Assembly: GCA_002501605.1 (NCBI GenBank)
Contig: DANW01000030.1
Coordinates: 24,553 to 88,552 of the forward strand
DNA from: Euryarchaeota archaeon UBA28
GTDB taxonomy: Archaea > Thermoplasmatota > Poseidoniia > Poseidoniales > Thalassarchaeaceae
Length of the DNA: 64,000 nucleotides
Direction: 5' to 3'
Position 1 is the first letter of the stretch, and every line of letters begins with the position of its first letter. A program made the position numbers and the translations under genes. The notes beneath the pieces were generated by a model. It did not search any database, had not been told where the DNA came from, and worked only from the letters and a program-made list of their open reading frames with translations. Shown here piece by piece: positions 45,506 to 55,162 of this stretch.

Positions 45506-48112
45506 TCAATTGTACTTTCTCTTATCTCTTCGAACCTTCCGACCCGCTTCTCTTACAATATTTTCAACCAATTTATGACTCCATCCCCTTAGGTCAGAAA
45601 GCCTCTCTCGGTCTTTCTCTGTGAGCTCCGCAACGTCTGAAACCATACTCACTCCCAGTAGTTCGGACATTTCTCTAGCCCTTACTCTTCCTATTCCTTT
45701 GAGAGATACTAGTCCGAGAATATCAGATTTGCAACCATATCTTACTCTTCCATGGACCTCTGCTATTGATTCGACAAGTGCCTTGTGAGCGTCCTTGTTC
45801 ATACTCGCAAGCTCGTCATCCTCAATTACAATCCTCCTTGACGCATACAGTAGCCACTCAGCTAGCTCTACCCTACTTCTGAGATCCCCTGGCTGGACCC
45901 CCCACTCCCTCTCAATATTCTTCATAGTTTCCTCATCCATCCATGATTGTAAAACCAGAGCTCCCTTCATTCGCCTATCTTCATCGTGATCCACCGCAGT
46001 ACAGAGCATTTCCCTCTCATGAATGTGTAGAGACGATTGAATTTTTTCATAATCGGACTTTCTTAACCAGAGGGGCAAAAAGTCTGGAGTGCAAGAAACC
46101 AGATGCAACAGACTCATCGGAGAGTACTGCATAAATTCATCATGGCCTGAAATAATTGTCATTGCTTTTCCTAGGCCATCGCGAATAATTCTTCCAGATA
46201 ATGGGTTCAAATATAGTCTAGAAATTCTAGAGCCTAGTGAGGTTGGAGAGTATGTCATAATTTGGGATTCTTGCAAGCCTACTTCCTCTTCACTTATTGA
46301 AATCGCTTTCTTGAATCCAAAAACTGCGGGGCCGCTCCGTTTTTTTGCAAATACCCTCTCTTCACTTAATTCAGACAACTCGACCCCCAATACCGAGGCA
46401 GCTGAATCTGCCCACGATGGAATTTCATCAGACCAGCCTTCATCCTCTGTTGAAGAAACGGGATTCTCACGTACTTTGTCTGCAACAGCATCAGATTCCC
46501 CATCTCTAATTATCATCCCATTCTCAACCAGCCATCTGATGGTCTCGTCCAGTTTCCCACTCAGAGTGTCAGAACTCATCTGAGTAGCAAGGAAAGTACT
46601 TCTAAAGAATCCCCCGATGGAGTACCTGTCCCTGACTATTCCACTTGAGATGAGTGAAAGTACGTGAGTAAGTAGGGCCGGGTCTTCAACCGCACTCCTT
46701 GCCATTGGATTGGCTAATTTTGATGTAACTTTCTCAGGCTCGCCTCGCAAATATAGATCAACTAGCCTCTTTTCCTCTTCAAGGTCCTTGGAAAGGATCC
46801 AAGCATCGCCATAATCGTCATACTTAGGCCTCCCAGCTCTACCTAGCATTTGCCTCACTTCCATCACCGATAGAGGCATGGAGGCACTAGCCGAAGCACT
46901 CCATCTCCTGAAATCCCTGATTACGACCCTCCTTGCGGGGAGATTGACACCTTGAGCTAGTGTTGGTGTGGCAACTATGCATTTGATATCCCCGTTTTTG
47001 AAGGATCTCTCTATCGCCTTTCTCTGTCTGTTGGTAAGGCCAGCATGATGAAATCCTACTCCTCCCTTCGCAGATTTAGCCAATGAGGACCCAGTCGAAG
47101 AGTCCTCACCTCCCATGGAAATTTCCTTGGAAAGTGAATTCCACTTCTTGATATCCTCCTCAGAAAATACACTGCAATCGTCTTTCGCTAGCTTCAACAT
47201 AAATTCTGAAAGAACTCGTGCTTCCTTGGCAGCCGACGCCCGTGATGAGACGAAAACAAGTAATTGGCCACCAACTGACAATGTATCTCTGAGAGCCGCC
47301 TGAAGCCTTCTATTTTTCATTCCAGATAAGGTTCGTGATTTTTGTAAATTATTCACATCGGATCCCTCAGTTCTGTGGATATTTACATCTAAATCAGTCA
47401 TGATCCCATAATGCAGAGGAATTGGACGCCAATCCGACCTCACATGTTTTGCGCCCAGCCATTTAGCAAGCTCCCCAGAATTTCCAACGGTCGCTGAAAG
47501 GGCAATGATTTGAGCCTCTGGCCTGATGTGCATTATCCTTGAAATTGTGACTTCCAGAGTCGGTCCACGGGAATAGTCATTCAGAAGATGGAACTCGTCA
47601 GAGACTACTACACCCAGGTTCTCCAAGAAACCTGTTCTGGTTCTAAGTATGGAATCAAGTTTTTCGCTCGTACAGACTAAAATATCTGAGTCATCTACTC
47701 CATTCGACTCACTTACTCTATCGCCAATGGCCAAGCCAACAGTCAATCCAACTGCCCCGGCAATTTCTCTCAAGTCCTCAAATTTCTCACTTGCTAGAGC
47801 TTTCAGAGGGACAACATAGGCACCCCTCATTCCTTTCATATCTCCAATCAGACGATTGATCATGCCGATGTAGGCAACCAATGATTTGCCACTAGCAGTA
47901 GGAATGGTAAGCATGAGACTCTTACCCTCAAGGACCACGGGCAAAGCCTCGAGCTGGGGCGGAAAAAAATCCTCAATACCCCATCTTTCCCTCAGGAATT
48001 CGGTAATCCTTGGGTCGATCCCCAAGTGCTCCGATCCATGATTCTCGGTCGCCATGATTATCCTTATGTTGGGCTGTTCTAAAGGATACCGTGGATATGA
48101 ACCTAATTCCAT
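45506..48112 (-). CDS. hel308: ATP-dependent DNA helicase Hel308/Hjm (Ski2-like SF2)
   Basis: Motif I is TIPTASGKSLVA, motif II is VVSDEFHLL and motif VI is QMLGRAGRP. A downstream winged-helix/ratchet region and a C-terminal HhH-like domain (SLKGIGRVRAREM) follow. 868 aa. The alternative start is ATG 48055 (MATENHG...). Confidence 0.7.
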   Translation of the reverse strand: MELGSYPRYPLEQPNIRIIMATENHGSEHLGIDPRITEFLRERWGIEDFFPPQLEALPVVLEGKSLMLTIPTASGKSLVAYIGMINRLIGDMKGMRGAYVVPLKALASEKFEDLREIAGAVGLTVGLAIGDRVSESNGVDDSDILVCTSEKLDSILRTRTGFLENLGVVVSDEFHLLNDYSRGPTLEVTISRIMHIRPEAQIIALSATVGNSGELAKWLGAKHVRSDWRPIPLHYGIMTDLDVNIHRTEGSDVNNLQKSRTLSGMKNRRLQAALRDTLSVGGQLLVFVSSRASAAKEARVLSEFMLKLAKDDCSVFSEEDIKKWNSLSKEISMGGEDSSTGSSLAKSAKGGVGFHHAGLTNRQRKAIERSFKNGDIKCIVATPTLAQGVNLPARRVVIRDFRRWSASASASMPLSVMEVRQMLGRAGRPKYDDYGDAWILSKDLEEEKRLVDLYLRGEPEKVTSKLANPMARSAVEDPALLTHVLSLISSGIVRDRYSIGGFFRSTFLATQMSSDTLSGKLDETIRWLVENGMIIRDGESDAVADKVRENPVSSTEDEGWSDEIPSWADSAASVLGVELSELSEERVFAKKRSGPAVFGFKKAISISEEEVGLQESQIMTYSPTSLGSRISRLYLNPLSGRIIRDGLGKAMTIISGHDEFMQYSPMSLLHLVSCTPDFLPLWLRKSDYEKIQSSLHIHEREMLCTAVDHDEDRRMKGALVLQSWMDEETMKNIEREWGVQPGDLRSRVELAEWLLYASRRIVIEDDELASMNKDAHKALVESIAEVHGRVRYGCKSDILGLVSLKGIGRVRAREMSELLGVSMVSDVAELTEKDRERLSDLRGWSHKLVENIVREAGRKVRRDKRKYN

Positions 48113-48624
48113 CGGTGATATGCGGGATGGCCTTCCGTAACTGCGACGAATAATCCCTCACCAGTTGCGCACAGCTTGTCGTCGCAAGTCAGCCTCATTC
48201 TTATTTTTGCTCTGTCCGGAAGAAGCTCAATAACCTCTGAGTCTATTTTCAGTTTCTTATCATTGGGAGTCGGTCTTCTTAGACTGACGCTATAGGAGGC
48301 AGTGACAGTACAAGGGGGCTCAGTCGAACCTCCTCGATCCATCAATGCTATTGCCGCAGTCCAATTTCCATGACAGTCCAGTAGTGAACCGATTATTCCC
48401 CCATTCACCATTCCAGGAAAAGCCTGATGATGGTCCTCTGGGTCGAATTCCATTGTAAGCCCATTCCCCTTTCTGAAAGACCTTATCTTCAGCCCCTTTT
48501 CATTGGAGGGGCCACATCCAAAACATATGCTACTGGGCGCGTATTCTTCCTGTACAGAGAGGGGGGCTCGGTCTTCCATGCACATTGGACGGGCTTGTAG
48601 GAATTGAATAATTCCCAAATTCAT
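48103..48624 (-). CDS. Hotdog-fold thioesterase (PaaI/4HBT-like) with an N-terminal Cys motif
   Basis: MVNGGIIGSLLDCHGNWTAAIAL fits the hotdog motif hGG..asL.D.a.g.A. The size is 173 aa. An N-terminal CFGCGPSNEKGL is Zn-ribbon-like. Confidence 0.45.
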   Translation of the reverse strand: MNLGIIQFLQARPMCMEDRAPLSVQEEYAPSSICFGCGPSNEKGLKIRSFRKGNGLTMEFDPEDHHQAFPGMVNGGIIGSLLDCHGNWTAAIALMDRGGSTEPPCTVTASYSVSLRRPTPNDKKLKIDSEVIELLPDRAKIRMRLTCDDKLCATGEGLFVAVTEGHPAYHRWN

Positions 48625-48641
48625 GCTAACGTATCCTATTT

Positions 48642-50042
48642 ATGTCAAACCTACTGGGAGGTCCGTTGACCGATTCCACAAAGGGCTCAGACAATGAGCA
48701 AAGCTCCGAAAGGCCTGAGAGCCTACTTCCTAGGTCGAAGAGAAGAAGATTCACACCACTGAAGGTGGCGAATCAGATCCCAAAGAGGCGCAGAAAAGAA
48801 ATCGAAAAGGCACTCGAGGGGAGCTCTGGTACGCCGAAGAAGTGGTCCCGTCAGAACGGTCCGAAAAATCACGCTTTTCTAAGGAAGAGAATCCCACCCG
48901 GTTCGATCAGAAGATTGGAATTCGATCTTCTTTCAGTAGACATTGGCGAATCCTGGCCAGTCCCAATCACGGTCGTTCATGGGGCTCGCCCGGGCCCAAC
49001 AATAACTCTACTTGGAGCTGTTCATGGTAATGAACTGGTGGGGCCTTTAGCACTTACCTATCTGTCTGGGCCTAATTTTATCGGAAGTGGAAAGGCCATT
49101 GACCCAGATGTCTTATCGGGAACAATAAGGATTGTTCCTATTGTCAATATGCCGGGTTACAAGATGAAGAGTCGCTACATGCCGGACGGCAGAGATCTAA
49201 ACAGATCATTCCCCGGAAAACCCGATAGTAACACTTCTTATCGTGTAGCGAACAGATTTTGGAAGGAGATTATTGCCGGAAGTGACTATGTTATCGACTT
49301 GCATACTGCAGCTGTGGGAAGGACAAATATGCCCCAGATTAGGGCAAATCTTGCTCATGCTTCCAGTAATAAAATAGCTAGATCATTCGGAATTGAAGCA
49401 ATATTGGACAATGTCGGCCCAAAGGGGTCTCTCAGAAGAGTTACCAATGATGCCGACATAGCATGCGTGACCTTCGAGGGAGGAGGTCCAGACGAACTAG
49501 ACCCGGAATCGGTACAGGTCTCTTTGTACGGGATTCTAAATGTCCTGAGATCATTGAGAATGATTCCAGGTCATCCGAGCAGGCCTACCTTCAGGATACT
49601 CGCATCTGGGTCTCTGTGGATTAGGTCTGATCAGGGTGGTTTACTGGATGTGCTTGCGCCAGCTGGAAGCTTCGTAGATGAGGGGGAGGTCGTTGCTACG
49701 GTGACTAACCCGGAGAGGCCCTCAGAGTCTCATGACATTATATCTCCAACAAGGGGGCTAATAATTTGCTCTGCAACCAATCCTTTCGTTACTGCTGGAA
49801 CTCCTGTGGGGCATATTCTACCTGTCTCCAAAGGAGTTCAAACCATCAGGAAGAGACTCGATGAGGACGATTGTTTGGTGATAAGTGGTGCTGATGGTGA
49901 TCCAGTTTGGAGAGATGACGACGAAGTTGAGGACATTACCGTTGGAGGGGAGTGGTCCGGTGGAAATGTAGACGCTGAGTGGTCAACGAACCCTCCAACA
50001 GATTCCGACGAAGAGGCCGCTGAATCAGACCCTTCTCAGTAA
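48642..50042 (+). CDS. Succinylglutamate desuccinylase/aspartoacylase (AstE/AspA, M14-like) family protein with a strongly basic N-terminal extension
   Basis: Family motifs are present: ITLLGAVHGNELVG (Zn-binding HxxE), DLNRSFPG and VIDLHTA (third Zn ligand His), with a C-terminal beta-domain. The first roughly 90 aa are Lys/Arg-rich and low-complexity (RSKRRRFTPLKVANQIPKRRRKEIEK...PKKWSRQNGPKNHAFLRKRIPP). Confidence 0.65.
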   Translation: MSNLLGGPLTDSTKGSDNEQSSERPESLLPRSKRRRFTPLKVANQIPKRRRKEIEKALEGSSGTPKKWSRQNGPKNHAFLRKRIPPGSIRRLEFDLLSVDIGESWPVPITVVHGARPGPTITLLGAVHGNELVGPLALTYLSGPNFIGSGKAIDPDVLSGTIRIVPIVNMPGYKMKSRYMPDGRDLNRSFPGKPDSNTSYRVANRFWKEIIAGSDYVIDLHTAAVGRTNMPQIRANLAHASSNKIARSFGIEAILDNVGPKGSLRRVTNDADIACVTFEGGGPDELDPESVQVSLYGILNVLRSLRMIPGHPSRPTFRILASGSLWIRSDQGGLLDVLAPAGSFVDEGEVVATVTNPERPSESHDIISPTRGLIICSATNPFVTAGTPVGHILPVSKGVQTIRKRLDEDDCLVISGADGDPVWRDDDEVEDITVGGEWSGGNVDAEWSTNPPTDSDEEAAESDPSQ

Positions 50043-53000
50043 CTACCTGGAGGTGGAGGAGGGGGAAAACCATCCTCATCCAATGCTTGTTGGGACGGTG
50101 AGGGGGAAGAAAAAGAGGACAGATCGGGAGCACGGGGTATAGCATACAATTCACTGTCATTTGAGGTGTAATCTCTGTCTGATTCTGAGCCAACTTCTCT
50201 CGGATTGATCTGGTAGAACTCGTAGGCCTCTTTCACCTTTCTTCTGTAGGAAATCTGAGATGTCAAAATATAGCTGGCACCTATGAGCAGGGACAGAGAT
50301 ACAACAAACGAAACTATTCCAAGCGGGGTTAGGATGTATGAAACCAATCTCTCAGACAGTGTGTCAGGCGTCTTTGAGATAATCACGTCAAAGCTCCAAG
50401 CAACCTCCGTTATCACTCCATTCTCGATTATTGAGGCAGATACTCTTTGCTCTCCACTGCCTCCCGAGCACAAATAAATCTCCAAATTCCCCACGGGGGA
50501 ATCGCAATCAAGTTCAGGTATCGATATATTGTCTCCTGAGTAATTTTCATCTCCAGAAAATGAGAAGTCGCCAAATGTCCAAGAGACGCTATACTGCACT
50601 CCCTCTGGTATTGGCCCGATATCTAATTCAAGGGTCTGGTTTTTGCTGTACCATGTCTCGATATCCGAATCTGAAGGAGAGGAGGAAAGATACGACAGTC
50701 TTGAAACGTCATCATCAACTAAATCGTTGCAGTTGTCGTCAGCACCATTCCAAGTCTCTATTGCTCCCGGATAGGCCGAATCATCATTATCATCGCAATC
50801 CTCGAAATCTAGGTAGCCATCTTCGTCACTATCAAAATTGAATACTAGTGGGTCAGAACCGATGTCCAAGATTTCATCTCCATCAGAATAGCCATCGCCG
50901 TCAGTGTCGGATTGAGTTGCAGATGTCATGTAGAGGTGGAACTCATCATAATCCTTCAGAAAGTCTCCATCAGTATCAATGTCAACGAAGTCTTCGTCTA
51001 CAGATTCGTCACAATCATTGTCCTTTCCATCAAGTGATTCGGACAGATAACCCGCTCTTTCGGAATCATTGTCATCACAGTCTTCGAACCAGTACTCGCC
51101 ATCTCCGTCTTCATCGGGATCTGCCATGACCGGGTCAGTCTTCGTGACACTAATTTCGTACCCATCAGGTAAACCGTCCCCATCAGTATCCCCATCGTAG
51201 GGATTTGTCGAGATATTGTGGTATTCTTCATAATCACTCAGCTGATCTCCATCAGTATCAATCAACTCGAAACCATCGTCCATGACCTCGTCGCAGTCAT
51301 TGTCAATTCCATCAAGAACCTCGCTCAGACCAGGGGATCTGAAACTATCTTGGTCATCACAGTCTTGGAACCAATACCAACCATCTCCATCGTCATCAGA
51401 ATCAGCGGAATTCGGGTCACTCCCAAAGGTTAGAACTTCGATCCCATCACTAAGTCCATCATCATCAGAATCACTGTCTAGATATTGTGTTTGATGTATG
51501 TGAAACTCCGGCCAATCCAGAAGACCATCCCCATCCGAATCGGTGAAATTGAAACCCTCATCTATTTGCGAGTCACAATTATCATCCACCCCATTCAGAG
51601 TTTCAGGTCTTCCCGGGTTTATCATCGGGTCCTGATCATCGCAATCATCGAAATGGTAGAAAAGATCTCCATCGTCATCTGGGTCGAACAATAACGGATC
51701 ACTGCCCCAGAAGTTCACCTCCACTCCATCTGATAGCCCATCGTTGTCGGTGTCGCTCTGTAGTGGGTTAGTCCCGAATATCATTATCTCATCATAGTCG
51801 TTTATACCATCTAGATCAGAATCTGGAGACAATGGGTTGGTACTGTGGTTCATGACCTCTTCGTAGTCACTCAATCCATCATCATCTGTGTCGGGGTCAT
51901 AGGGATCAGTTCCCCAAATCTCAGTCTCGTTCACATCCTCCAATCCGTCATCATCATGATCCAAATCCGCATCGGTCCCGTGGAATATAAGCGACCAATG
52001 ATTCAAAGTACCATTATTTCCAGAGTCGCTATCTCTAATTCTGAGTTGCCACTCCCCGAGGGAAGACTCGTCCCAATGATGAACTGTATTGAAGGTCCAA
52101 TTGTCATAATCGTCTCCGCTGTCGCTCCTTTCTTCTGCCAACCAAGATTCCTTTCCAGAGGGAGAAACAAGAACAATCTCTAACTCTCCCCTGTAGTCAT
52201 GCGAAATGTCAACAACCACGTCCACACTTTCGATTGCCAGGTCATCTGTGACTGTTATGTTGAAATCATCCCATCCAGATATCCCATCTCCCAGATCGAA
52301 ATTTGGATTCATCGGGCCAATGCTGACGTTAACCTCGTCCTCCACAGTGGTCCAGTTGGAGGACATGGCAACCGCTGCACTAGCATCTACGGCACCAAAT
52401 CCATATTTGTGAGATACATCGTGGCCAGCGCCGTTTATTTCCCAGGAAGAATCTGCAGGGTCATTGACCCTAGCGGTGTTGACCAGAATATGTTGCACAT
52501 CCCTCCAGGTTAAATTTTGATTTGCCTCTAACATCAGGGCGATCACCCCTGAGACGAGTGGAGTTGCACTAGAGGTACCGCCAAACGTGTCTGTTACATT
52601 TCCAGATGAGTTATATCCACCCGAGCCAACAATGTCAGTGGTTGTTATGGCCTCTCCATCTCCATTTGAATGAGCGGCAACTAGGATATTGGCCCCCGGT
52701 TCAGCATAATATGACTGTTCTCCGAGATGAGTTATCGCCGTCACGGCAATCGTATATCTGCTGTTAGCATAGCCATCGTAGTTCGAGTCATCATCATTTG
52801 TGAGGCCATTCCCTGCGGCCCATGTGATTATGTTTCCAAGTCCATCTCTCCCTTGGAAGACGTCATTCTCGAATGCCGCGGTCATTAGAGGCCCTGGTCC
52901 ATCCAATATTCTCCCTGTGTCGCTAGGACCCCATGAATTGGAGTAGATGTCAATGTAGTCATTTTCATAGCTAAGGGCCTGAGACTCGTCGAAGTCGTTG

Positions 53001-53776
53001 ATTGAGCAAGCTATGAGCGTGGATCCTGCCAAACTAGCCCCGAAGGCCGCGCCCGAGACATAGACCGAATTGTTACCAGCAGCTCCTGCGACTCCTGCGG
53101 CCGCAGTCCCATGACCATCGAAACTCAATGGGGTCGGATCAGAGTCATCATTACACCAATCATATGAGGCTGATTGGTCGTAGTTGGGCGATATATCTGG
53201 ATGAGAGATATCCAACCCATCGTCCACTATGCTGATTACGACGCCAGAACCATTGTACGAGTCCCAAGCACCGGTTAGGTTAGCGTCTTCTCCGGATAGC
53301 CCACCGGTCTGACCACTATTTTCTAGGTGCCACTGGGATCCGAATTCTGGGTCATTGGGATAGAATTTCTTTGTATGTTCCATCTTGATTACTGGAGAGA
53401 AACTCTCGATTTCTCCAATCTCCATGGCTTTGGTAAGACTCTCTACTGCCTTTCGACCGTCTTCCATCTCCCAAATGTAGGACCCCGGTAATACTTTGCT
53501 CTCAATACTCGAAATCGGATTGGAGAGAGATTTTGTGTGTTCTTTCTGGGGAATTCCAGTTACAACGAGCCACTCCTTGGCGCTAAATATTTCATCCTGT
53601 GAGTAAAGCGATAAATCTTCAGCTCTATCGAATGCGAGCTGGACCGGAATTGAGTAACCCTCCATAATCGAGGAAGACTCGAATTTTTCTATTCCATCTT
53701 GCTCATATTCACCTGAAACGATCCCAGAAAATGGAGACAAAACAACAATCAGGACGATAGCGACTGCGTAACGCAT
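50036..53776 (-). CDS. Giant secreted kexin/furin-like proprotein convertase (peptidase S8B) with a P-domain, TSP type-3 repeats, 3.5 tandem Cys-motif modules and a C-terminal TM anchor plus Pro-rich tail
   Basis: The signal peptide is MRYAVAIVLIVVLSPFSGIVSG. Kexin-type motifs: YPNDPEFGSQWHLENSGQTGG, GVVISIVDDGLD (Asp, aa ~186), DGHGTAAAGVAGA (His 222), GGTSSATPLVSGVIAL (Ser ~402). The P-domain is about aa 480-600 (...GELEIVLVSPSGKESWLAE...GEWQLRIRDS...LNHWSLIFHG). The TSP3 repeats, DxDxDG(L/I)xDxxE, run over aa ~604-700. The modules are described under the repeat feature. The TM helix is at aa ~1147-1172 (nt ~50261-50338), followed by YRRK and the tail ...DEDGFPPPPPPGSY. Confidence 0.8.
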   Translation of the reverse strand: MRYAVAIVLIVVLSPFSGIVSGEYEQDGIEKFESSSIMEGYSIPVQLAFDRAEDLSLYSQDEIFSAKEWLVVTGIPQKEHTKSLSNPISSIESKVLPGSYIWEMEDGRKAVESLTKAMEIGEIESFSPVIKMEHTKKFYPNDPEFGSQWHLENSGQTGGLSGEDANLTGAWDSYNGSGVVISIVDDGLDISHPDISPNYDQSASYDWCNDDSDPTPLSFDGHGTAAAGVAGAAGNNSVYVSGAAFGASLAGSTLIACSINDFDESQALSYENDYIDIYSNSWGPSDTGRILDGPGPLMTAAFENDVFQGRDGLGNIITWAAGNGLTNDDDSNYDGYANSRYTIAVTAITHLGEQSYYAEPGANILVAAHSNGDGEAITTTDIVGSGGYNSSGNVTDTFGGTSSATPLVSGVIALMLEANQNLTWRDVQHILVNTARVNDPADSSWEINGAGHDVSHKYGFGAVDASAAVAMSSNWTTVEDEVNVSIGPMNPNFDLGDGISGWDDFNITVTDDLAIESVDVVVDISHDYRGELEIVLVSPSGKESWLAEERSDSGDDYDNWTFNTVHHWDESSLGEWQLRIRDSDSGNNGTLNHWSLIFHGTDADLDHDDDGLEDVNETEIWGTDPYDPDTDDDGLSDYEEVMNHSTNPLSPDSDLDGINDYDEIMIFGTNPLQSDTDNDGLSDGVEVNFWGSDPLLFDPDDDGDLFYHFDDCDDQDPMINPGRPETLNGVDDNCDSQIDEGFNFTDSDGDGLLDWPEFHIHQTQYLDSDSDDDGLSDGIEVLTFGSDPNSADSDDDGDGWYWFQDCDDQDSFRSPGLSEVLDGIDNDCDEVMDDGFELIDTDGDQLSDYEEYHNISTNPYDGDTDGDGLPDGYEISVTKTDPVMADPDEDGDGEYWFEDCDDNDSERAGYLSESLDGKDNDCDESVDEDFVDIDTDGDFLKDYDEFHLYMTSATQSDTDGDGYSDGDEILDIGSDPLVFNFDSDEDGYLDFEDCDDNDDSAYPGAIETWNGADDNCNDLVDDDVSRLSYLSSSPSDSDIETWYSKNQTLELDIGPIPEGVQYSVSWTFGDFSFSGDENYSGDNISIPELDCDSPVGNLEIYLCSGGSGEQRVSASIIENGVITEVAWSFDVIISKTPDTLSERLVSYILTPLGIVSFVVSLSLLIGASYILTSQISYRRKVKEAYEFYQINPREVGSESDRDYTSNDSELYAIPRAPDLSSFSSPSPSQQALDEDGFPPPPPPGSY
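50690..51685 (-). repeat. 3.5 tandem copies of a roughly 282-288-nt (94-96-aa) coding module inside the kexin-like gene
   Basis: The modules are at protein aa 698-791, 792-885, 886-981 and 982-~1029 (partial). Each contains DxDDDGDxxYxFxDCDDxDxxxxPGxxExxxGxDNDCDExxDxxF, a Cys4 motif resembling the putative MopE-type metal-binding motif, followed by DxDxDGxxDxxE TSP3-like calcium-binding repeats and ...GSDP. The repeats are also recognisable at nucleotide level (e.g. tcgtc[ag]ca[ag]tcattgtc...tcatcacagtcttcgaacca). Confidence 0.7.
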
Positions 53777-53821
53777 GATACTACTCGCCGAACCAAGACA
53801 TATAGCCGTTCGTAATCGCCG

Positions 53822-55093
53822 TTAGGAACTTGACTCATCAATCTGGTTGAATTTGGAGATTTCAGCATGTACCTCAGAATCGGTCATTAGCCTTCTTTGT
53901 GTCTTTGCAATTTCGAAAAGAGTCTCTACAAGTTCTCCTGTGGGCTCATATCCGTTCTGGCTTAGCCACCATGTGATGTTGGACCTTCCACTCATATGCC
54001 CTATTCGAATAACTTGGCTCAGCCCGTAGTCTCCGGCAGGCACTCCAGAGTACACTCTATCTGCAAGCCAGTGATCCCCCTTTTCCATTGCCTTGACAAC
54101 CGCACTCGCATGAACTCCAGTGCCAGTCTCAAACGCATCCTCTCCAAAAACCGGATAGTTTCTGGGGAGAGCTACACCAACATATTCGTGAGCCTTATTC
54201 ATGTACTCACTTAGCGATGTGAGGTCATTATTTATCACTCCCATCAGACTCAAATTCACCAGTGTCTGATCAATGGGTGCGTTACCGGATCTCTCTCCAA
54301 CCCCTAGGGCAGTACCATGAATAACATCAGCTCCGGCTTCATATGCTGCCAGATTGTTTGCAACTCCAAGACCCCTGTCTTGATGACCATGCCAGTTTAC
54401 TTCAATGTCCCTTCTCTTGAATCCGGAATCGGGAATCACTTCTTCCTGAATGAAACCAAGCAACTTTCTGACGCCGTTTGGAGTCACATGGCCACAGGTA
54501 TCACAGACACATATCCTGTCTGCCCCTAGCTCCATTGCTCTAGTGTAGACTTTTTTGATGTCTTCAGGCTTACTTCGAGTAGTGTCCTCCGTTACGAACA
54601 TAACAGGTATGTCATTGTCGACCGCAAAGGAAACGGCCGACTCAGCTGTTGCCATTATCCTGTCCATAGTCCAACCTTCAGCATATTGCCTGATAGGGCT
54701 GGTCCCGAGGAAAGCACTCGCCTGAATCTGACGCTCATGTTTCGATTGTAGATCCACCAACGGCTCAATATCCGTTACCAAGGTCCTAACTGCACATCCC
54801 GGACGGAGCGAGTACCCCATCTCGCCCATATGCATAAGCATCGAGTCAATGTGTTTTATGTGATGGGGGCCTGCACCGGGAAGCCCGAGGTCAACCTTCT
54901 GTATCCCCAGTTTCTCCATGTAATCAATAAGCTCTATTTTCTGGCTAATCGTGGGATTAACCGCACTAGGACTCTGTAGTCCATCTCTAAGGGTCTCATC
55001 GTCGAACCAGAGCCCATGGGGGTGTTTAGAAGAATCTCTGGAAATCTCGTAATCGATGGTGTTCCAATCGAAGATTAGCTCCCTCTCCTCCAT
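53822..55093 (-). CDS. 2-isopropylmalate synthase / homocitrate synthase family (DRE-TIM metallolyase) protein
   Basis: The N-terminal substrate motif is FDDETLRDGLQS (DTTLRDGEQ-like). The metal-binding region is NWHGHQDRGLGVANNLAAYEAGADVIHGTALGVGERSGNAPIDQ (H.H.D.G...AN...A...GA). The first ATG is 55093, and the ORF-track start is TTG 55120. Confidence 0.65.
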   Translation of the reverse strand: MEERELIFDWNTIDYEISRDSSKHPHGLWFDDETLRDGLQSPSAVNPTISQKIELIDYMEKLGIQKVDLGLPGAGPHHIKHIDSMLMHMGEMGYSLRPGCAVRTLVTDIEPLVDLQSKHERQIQASAFLGTSPIRQYAEGWTMDRIMATAESAVSFAVDNDIPVMFVTEDTTRSKPEDIKKVYTRAMELGADRICVCDTCGHVTPNGVRKLLGFIQEEVIPDSGFKRRDIEVNWHGHQDRGLGVANNLAAYEAGADVIHGTALGVGERSGNAPIDQTLVNLSLMGVINNDLTSLSEYMNKAHEYVGVALPRNYPVFGEDAFETGTGVHASAVVKAMEKGDHWLADRVYSGVPAGDYGLSQVIRIGHMSGRSNITWWLSQNGYEPTGELVETLFEIAKTQRRLMTDSEVHAEISKFNQIDESSS

Positions 55094-55162
55094 CGCACCA
55101 CCTACCTTTTCGCCTTGCAACTAACTACCAAGTGCTTGAATCCATCGGGACCGGAAGGTCAG

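Noticed and set aside
50431-52513. Multiple plus-strand ORFs (50431..50841, 50848..51129, 51218..51694, 51845..52513) that are His/Arg/Ser-rich
   Set aside because: They are antisense shadows of the acidic repeat region of the minus-strand convertase gene, which has clear homology. None has start or termination context or homology.
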